Sequence record: MT884006.2
Length of the DNA: 64,000 bases
DNA from: Escherichia phage vb_EcoM_bov9_1
Strand: one strand, 5' to 3'
Position 1 is the stretch's first letter; the number at the start of each line of letters is the position of its first letter. A program made the translations under genes and the position numbers. Below the pieces are notes generated by a model. That model did not search any database. It saw nothing but the letters and a program-made list of their open reading frames with translations, and was not told where the DNA came from. This document shows, in pieces, positions 59,431-64,000 of the stretch.

Positions 59431-60890
59431 AAACCAGTTACCTCATGAAAATCGCCAAATACATCTTCGAACGTATTAGCTTTAGTTTTATCTTCACGTA
59501 AACGAATTGCAATTGGAAGAAATAGCTTAACGTAATCAGTACGTCCATCTAATTTTACCCAGCCGTTGCATTCGCACTCTAGAATTTTTCCAATATAATA
59601 ATTTTGGTTTTCCATAATGCGAGTACGGTCAAGTTCATGCGATTTTACGCCGGCTTTATCTTTTAAGCCTGAACCAGCATTTACTTTAATTTTTCCACAC
59701 TCTGATTCAAGAATGAAACCACCTGCTTTAGTAGGGTCTTTACGGTGAGGATAAATTCCTACAATTTTTAAATCAACATCAATTACTTCTTTAAATTTAT
59801 AAAGATTTTTTGAACGAGCATTTTCCCATAATCCATCGATATTTTTGAGAATAATACCTTCAAGACCTTGGTCAATATACTTTTTGTAAATTACCTTAGC
59901 TTCATCTAGGTTATTTACTACTTGGTTTTCAATTAAAATTACTTTATCATAGCCTGATGTCATTTGTTCTAGTTTAGAAAAACGTACATCATATTTTAAA
60001 CGAAACGCCGGAAGACCGTATATTTCTACCAACGGAACATAATCCCAGACCTGAAACTTCATGCATTGAGCTTCTTTTTCTGAAATAGTTCCCTTTAAAG
60101 ATTTATTAGCGATTCCATTAGAAGTAGTACGTGATTCAGCTACTTCGGCGAATTCTTTAGCTTTACTAATTTCAGGATAAGCATCAAAAAGAAAATCTAG
60201 GCCTTCTGGCTCCTTTTCAACTTGCTCATGGTATACCAATTCGCCATCAATTAACACACCTTCTGGATGAATCTGGCGAGCTTCTGCAGTCATTTTGATT
60301 AACTCTTCTTTGAGAAGATCTAATCCTAGATATTCATTACCAGCTCGTGATAAAAGACGAACATCATCTAATTCATCACCTCTGACTTCAGCAAAGCACC
60401 GAGCTCCATCAGCTTTTAATTGGGCAAAGGCTGGAAATTTAATATTCTTGCTAATGCCTTTTTCATCATAAGAACTTGCCAGCATTTGAGGTTGTTCAGG
60501 AATTAAACCTGGCCAAACTTTGTTTGCAATAGATACTGATGCACCGCATTCAAGGTCTCGCATCATCACCCGACGCAAAACTTCAACATCATCTTTTTTA
60601 CCGTCAGTAATATATCCAGTTAATTCCTCAATTGCCGCATTTCCAGTCAATTTCCGAGTAGCTAATGTGAATTCAATGAAGTCAAGCATATCGGTAAGAG
60701 TCAACATTCCAAAACTCTGGGTAGCAATACCAGGTTTAGGCCATTTCTTGATATAATACTGTAACCCACGAGAATAAGTCAGACGATATACTCGTTTGAG
60801 CAATTCATTATCTTTATTCTTTTCAAGAATTGCTTGCTTTTGCTTAGTTGAACCAATAGATGCTATTTCATTCAGAATTTTAAGAATCAT
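59427..60890 (-). CDS. 30: gp30 ATP-dependent DNA ligase
   Basis: 487 aa starting MILKILNEIASIGSTKQKQAILEKNKDNELLKRVYRLTYSRGLQYYIKKWPKPG; adenylation motif KADGAR. Confidence 0.97.
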   Translation of the reverse strand: MILKILNEIASIGSTKQKQAILEKNKDNELLKRVYRLTYSRGLQYYIKKWPKPGIATQSFGMLTLTDMLDFIEFTLATRKLTGNAAIEELTGYITDGKKDDVEVLRRVMMRDLECGASVSIANKVWPGLIPEQPQMLASSYDEKGISKNIKFPAFAQLKADGARCFAEVRGDELDDVRLLSRAGNEYLGLDLLKEELIKMTAEARQIHPEGVLIDGELVYHEQVEKEPEGLDFLFDAYPEISKAKEFAEVAESRTTSNGIANKSLKGTISEKEAQCMKFQVWDYVPLVEIYGLPAFRLKYDVRFSKLEQMTSGYDKVILIENQVVNNLDEAKVIYKKYIDQGLEGIILKNIDGLWENARSKNLYKFKEVIDVDLKIVGIYPHRKDPTKAGGFILESECGKIKVNAGSGLKDKAGVKSHELDRTRIMENQNYYIGKILECECNGWVKLDGRTDYVKLFLPIAIRLREDKTKANTFEDVFGDFHEVTGL

Positions 60891-61156
60891 TGTTCATCCT
60901 TTAGAGTTTGGTTTACAGCTCTATTATAAATCAATTCATCATTAAGCTCAGTCAAAGACCTGTGGTACGTGGTTCTAACTTTATTTCCTTGCATCCAGTG
61001 CTTGACGTAAATGAAACCTTGCTCTACACATTTTTTAAAAATTCGTTCGTCTTTTTGAGCTCGGAATTCTGGATTGCATCTAAAAAATTGATTTACGTGA
61101 CCGTAATCACGTGTAGTATTACCTTCATTTTCATAAATAGTGTAAACGACAAACAT
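60887..61156 (-). CDS. Hypothetical protein (30.1 position)
   Basis: 89 aa ORF immediately upstream of gene 30. Confidence 0.5.
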   Translation of the reverse strand: MFVVYTIYENEGNTTRDYGHVNQFFRCNPEFRAQKDERIFKKCVEQGFIYVKHWMQGNKVRTTYHRSLTELNDELIYNRAVNQTLKDEQ

Positions 61157-61992
61157 TAGAATGCTCCTTGGAAAATATTATCACCACTAGTAGGTCTATT
61201 ATACAAATACTCTATGCCACCGGGTTTAATATAGTTCCATGTCTGAAACGGATGCGTCTGATATGGATGATATAGATTATAAGGATTAAATCCAGGAGTT
61301 CTCCAGGTAGTGTTCCAAGGAAAAGAATCATTTTTAATCATCTTTTCAATTACATCTTTTATAGCTTTTTCACTATCAAAACTTTCTTTATTTTCATTCG
61401 ATGGAAAAAGCTTATTCTCTACATCATTCCATGTATAAACTCGCTGTGCAGTTTTTGGAATACTGTCACGCTCCCCTCGAGCCATCCAATAAACAGGAAC
61501 ATTTAATATTTCACTCGCATGATCGCAGTGGTGAGCGAGATCGTCAATATAACAAATTACGTTATATTTCTCTTTTGCCTTTTTGAACAACTCTTCTTTT
61601 GAAGAATCATGACCACACATCAATACTTCTGAGAAGGCACCAGGAAAAAGAGCATTCAAATTAAATTGACGATTCAGCAGAGCGTCAATAGAATCACCCA
61701 GTGCTGTAACAGCTACAAAATTATAATCTTCTTTTAATTTGTTAATTACACACAGGGCATCTTTATATGGAGACAAATAGCGAATAAAATCTGAACGATT
61801 ATACTTTTCGATTAATTTAACACCAAGTTCTTCATCGCAATTAAAGAGCTTACCAGGAGAAATAAATTTTTCGTCCTGAATCATTTTTAAAATATGTTCC
61901 AACGGAAGATTATATTTTTGGGCAAAATAAGGAAGGCCCGATTGCCAGCTTAAACACACCCCGTCAATATCAGTCAAAATAGTAGGCTTCAT
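61156..61992 (-). CDS. HAD-superfamily hydrolase-like protein (30.2 position)
   Basis: 278 aa; N-terminal motif I ILTDIDGV (hhhDxDGx), later VAVTAL and CYIDDLAHH resembling HAD motifs II-IV, plus a C-terminal extension of about 100 aa. Confidence 0.55.
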   Translation of the reverse strand: MKPTILTDIDGVCLSWQSGLPYFAQKYNLPLEHILKMIQDEKFISPGKLFNCDEELGVKLIEKYNRSDFIRYLSPYKDALCVINKLKEDYNFVAVTALGDSIDALLNRQFNLNALFPGAFSEVLMCGHDSSKEELFKKAKEKYNVICYIDDLAHHCDHASEILNVPVYWMARGERDSIPKTAQRVYTWNDVENKLFPSNENKESFDSEKAIKDVIEKMIKNDSFPWNTTWRTPGFNPYNLYHPYQTHPFQTWNYIKPGGIEYLYNRPTSGDNIFQGAF

Positions 61993-62453
61993 AGAGAGTC
62001 TCTTAATAGGTTTAACACATCAATAAATTCAGCTTCGGTTAGTATTGTATCATCTTTTGTTAGACCACTAGCCATGCTATGCTTCAAAATTTTTCCTTTA
62101 GAGGCTTGTAAGGCATCACGAAACCCCTTGTTTTGAATCGCTGCTTCAAAATATGCATTTGTATACAACTCTTTCCATGCTGCAGAGTATCTTGAAAAGG
62201 GAATTCCAAGCCAGAAAAGCGTCCCACGGTCCGCAGCTCTTGCATAAGCTCTTCCACTTTGCTGGGCGGCCAAGCCGGAGAGCCCAAATATACGTTTTTG
62301 TTGTTCAACATTTTTCACCTTGCATCCTTGGAGGAATCCTTCAAGACCTCCGAATTGAATACCATCCATGACGAAAGGCCATTGGGCGAAATTACTTAAT
62401 GCACACGATGGCCATCTAAAATTGCTTCTAATCTCTAACTCAGACATTTTCAA
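61989..62453 (-). CDS. NADAR / YbiA (DUF1768)-like protein (30.3 position)
   Basis: 154 aa; ALSNFAQWPF...DGIQF...E.FLQ..K pattern parallels the E. coli YbiA GDFSNFAAWPI...DGKTW...EHYFQAQK core. Confidence 0.6.
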   Translation of the reverse strand: MKMSELEIRSNFRWPSCALSNFAQWPFVMDGIQFGGLEGFLQGCKVKNVEQQKRIFGLSGLAAQQSGRAYARAADRGTLFWLGIPFSRYSAAWKELYTNAYFEAAIQNKGFRDALQASKGKILKHSMASGLTKDDTILTEAEFIDVLNLLRDSL

Positions 62454-62646
62454 TACTTATAATTTCAACATCAGCCCAATGACCATAGCAAGGAAGACGA
62501 AATTCAACTGGCCAGTTAGGGTCCTTTTCTAATATAATAGACTCAACTTGTGGTTCTTCATGTTCATCAGTATATGGATTTTTATCTGTTACTTTATATG
62601 TGACCTTAATGTACTGAATTCCAAAAATCTTATTAATTATATTCAT
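62440..62646 (-). CDS. Hypothetical protein
   Basis: 68 aa ORF in the translationally coupled early gene run. Confidence 0.45.
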   Translation of the reverse strand: MNIINKIFGIQYIKVTYKVTDKNPYTDEHEEPQVESIILEKDPNWPVEFRLPCYGHWADVEIISIENV

Positions 62647-62840
62647 ACTAATTCCTTTAATCCGTAAATAGGAGACAATTCATCACCCATACGAAGGTCT
62701 TCATTTCCATCTACCCAGGAAACAATATAAGCCTCTTTTATTTGAACACCACTCCATTTAAATGGAGGTAGAACCTTAGAAATTAATCCAGGTATACCAA
62801 CTCCCTTTAATTCAACAGTTTGACCTAAAAAGAATTTCAT
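62643..62840 (-). CDS. Hypothetical protein
   Basis: 65 aa ORF in the translationally coupled early gene run. Confidence 0.45.
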   Translation of the reverse strand: MKFFLGQTVELKGVGIPGLISKVLPPFKWSGVQIKEAYIVSWVDGNEDLRMGDELSPIYGLKELV

Positions 62841-63127
62841 TAGAACCTCATCTGAAAACCATGCGATTTAACATTACCGCCGCCAATATCAGAAATATTA
62901 ATTTCACGCGCAATTGAAGGGTCAATGTCAATTTCACGATTAAGTTTAGCGATAGCTAAAGTATCACGCCCATTTACTGTACGGAATTCTAAAGGACAAA
63001 CCACATCAACGTAATTTTTAATCGATTCACTGGTAAGCTGCAAATGAGCAGGAAGGTCTTTAGGTGCCTTTGAGAAAACCACTTCACAAAAATTTTTGCG
63101 GGTGTCAAAATAAGTAGTCATAAACAT
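62840..63127 (-). CDS. Hypothetical protein
   Basis: 95 aa ORF. Confidence 0.45.
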   Translation of the reverse strand: MFMTTYFDTRKNFCEVVFSKAPKDLPAHLQLTSESIKNYVDVVCPLEFRTVNGRDTLAIAKLNREIDIDPSIAREINISDIGGGNVKSHGFQMRF

Positions 63128-63144
63128 AATATTTTCCTCAGTAA

Positions 63145-63158
63145 GGGGCCGAAGCCCC
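63145..63158 (-). repeat. GGGGC-UUCG-GCCCC hairpin, copy 3 of 3
   Basis: Identical 14-mer, 11 nt after the stop of the 63169..63534 gene. Confidence 0.6.
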
Positions 63159-63168
63159 TCATTTTATT

Positions 63169-63534
63169 TTAAATATCAAATTCGTTAAGAACTACATCAA
63201 AGATTGCTTCAAGATGCTCAGGTTTAGCTCTGTTACTCAGAATATGACGAATCCAAGTTTTAACCAAAAGCTTGCGATTATCACCATTCCAGCAAGGATG
63301 AGTCCCTAAATCGCGTTGACGAAAATCATCATCTAAAGCGATTTTAAAATTTGAACCTTCCATTGTGATTGAAACCGTGATGCCATTTTCAAATCGCATA
63401 TAAACGTAGTTAGGAGTCATATACTGTTCAATTTCGCATACTGATCCATTTTGATGTTTCCAAAGGCAAATAGTATCAATAGAACCTGCAATACCATTAG
63501 AAACATATTTACGTTCAAAGTTGATGTAGTTCAT
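63169..63534 (-). CDS. Hypothetical protein
   Basis: 121 aa ORF with an early promoter upstream. Confidence 0.5.
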   Translation of the reverse strand: MNYINFERKYVSNGIAGSIDTICLWKHQNGSVCEIEQYMTPNYVYMRFENGITVSITMEGSNFKIALDDDFRQRDLGTHPCWNGDNRKLLVKTWIRHILSNRAKPEHLEAIFDVVLNEFDI

Positions 63535-63571
63535 TTTTGTTCTCCGAGATGTTTAATTGCGGTACAGGTAT

Positions 63572-63600
63572 ATAATATCATATCCTGTACCAAAGTAAAC
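63572..63600 (-). promoter_or_regulatory. T4-type early promoter (GTTTAC -35, 17 bp spacer, TGATATTAT extended -10)
   Basis: Minus-strand reading GTTTAC-N17-TGATATTAT about 40 nt upstream of ATG at 63534. Confidence 0.5.
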
Positions 63601-63602
63601 AA

Positions 63603-63935
63603 TTATTTTACTACTTTCCAGTGCTTCATGTCAAGTTTACCGACTTTTTTCATCTTCTCAATTAAGCGTTCGGCACGTTGGCGAGCTGTAACATAATACC
63701 ATTCACCTAATTCATTTTGTTCAATTTTTCCAACGATTACTGTATTCAATTCATAAATCCAACCAGTAAAGAAATTATGAACTTGAATTGTAAAGGTGAA
63801 ATCTGTTCCCATACCTTCTGTTGTTTCTACTTCAATAATATCACCTTCAACTGCCATTAAGAACCACATAGTTTCGTTATATTCACCATTGAAGCATTTA
63901 GCTTTAACTGCAGCGTTCAGATTAATCGTTTTCAT
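63603..63935 (-). CDS. Hypothetical protein
   Basis: 110 aa ORF with early promoter and AAGGAG SD upstream. Confidence 0.5.
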   Translation of the reverse strand: MKTINLNAAVKAKCFNGEYNETMWFLMAVEGDIIEVETTEGMGTDFTFTIQVHNFFTGWIYELNTVIVGKIEQNELGEWYYVTARQRAERLIEKMKKVGKLDMKHWKVVK

Positions 63936-63962
63936 TTTATTCTCCTTTGTTTGTGTAAGATA

Positions 63963-63992
63963 ATACTATCACAAAGGAACCATACTGTAAAC
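63963..63992 (-). promoter_or_regulatory. T4-type early promoter (GTTTAC -35, 18 bp spacer, TGATAGTAT extended -10)
   Basis: Minus-strand reading GTTTACA-N18-TGATAGTAT about 30 nt upstream of ATG at 63935. Confidence 0.55.
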
Positions 63993-64000
63993 AACTTTAT

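Overview
This window is a contiguous segment of a T4-like (Tequatrovirus-type) myovirus genome, closely related to but not identical with phage T4. Gene identities rest on my reading of the translated ORFs against remembered T4 protein sequences, lengths and motifs; no database search was run. From the left: the 5' end of the endolysin gene e (minus strand, partial), nudE and a run of small early genes, a capsid-targeted internal-protein-like gene bracketed by two near-identical terminators, and a cluster of nine tRNA genes interrupted by a SegB-like GIY-YIG homing endonuclease. Then come a short variable locus, acb1/57B, 57A and genes 1, 3, 2, 4 (minus strand), followed by the complete late morphogenesis block on the plus strand: baseplate 53, 5, 5.1, 5.4, 6-12, wac, neck 13-15, terminase 16-17, sheath 18, tube 19, portal 20, prohead core 67, 68, 21, 22, major capsid 23 and vertex 24. 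The right part carries rnlB, hoc, inh, uvsW, uvsY, baseplate hub/tail genes 25, 26, 51, 27, 28, 29, 48, 54, two tandem Alt-family ADP-ribosyltransferase genes, DNA ligase 30 and a string of small early genes that includes a HAD-like hydrolase and a NADAR/YbiA-like protein. TATAAATA late promoters, GTTTAC-N18-extended -10 early promoters and hairpin terminators are readable directly from the sequence. The most interesting accessory content is the internal-protein-like cassette, the tRNA set that differs from the T4 reference, the duplicated Alt genes, the NADAR/HAD pair and several unassigned early ORFs. No CRISPR array or integrase was seen.
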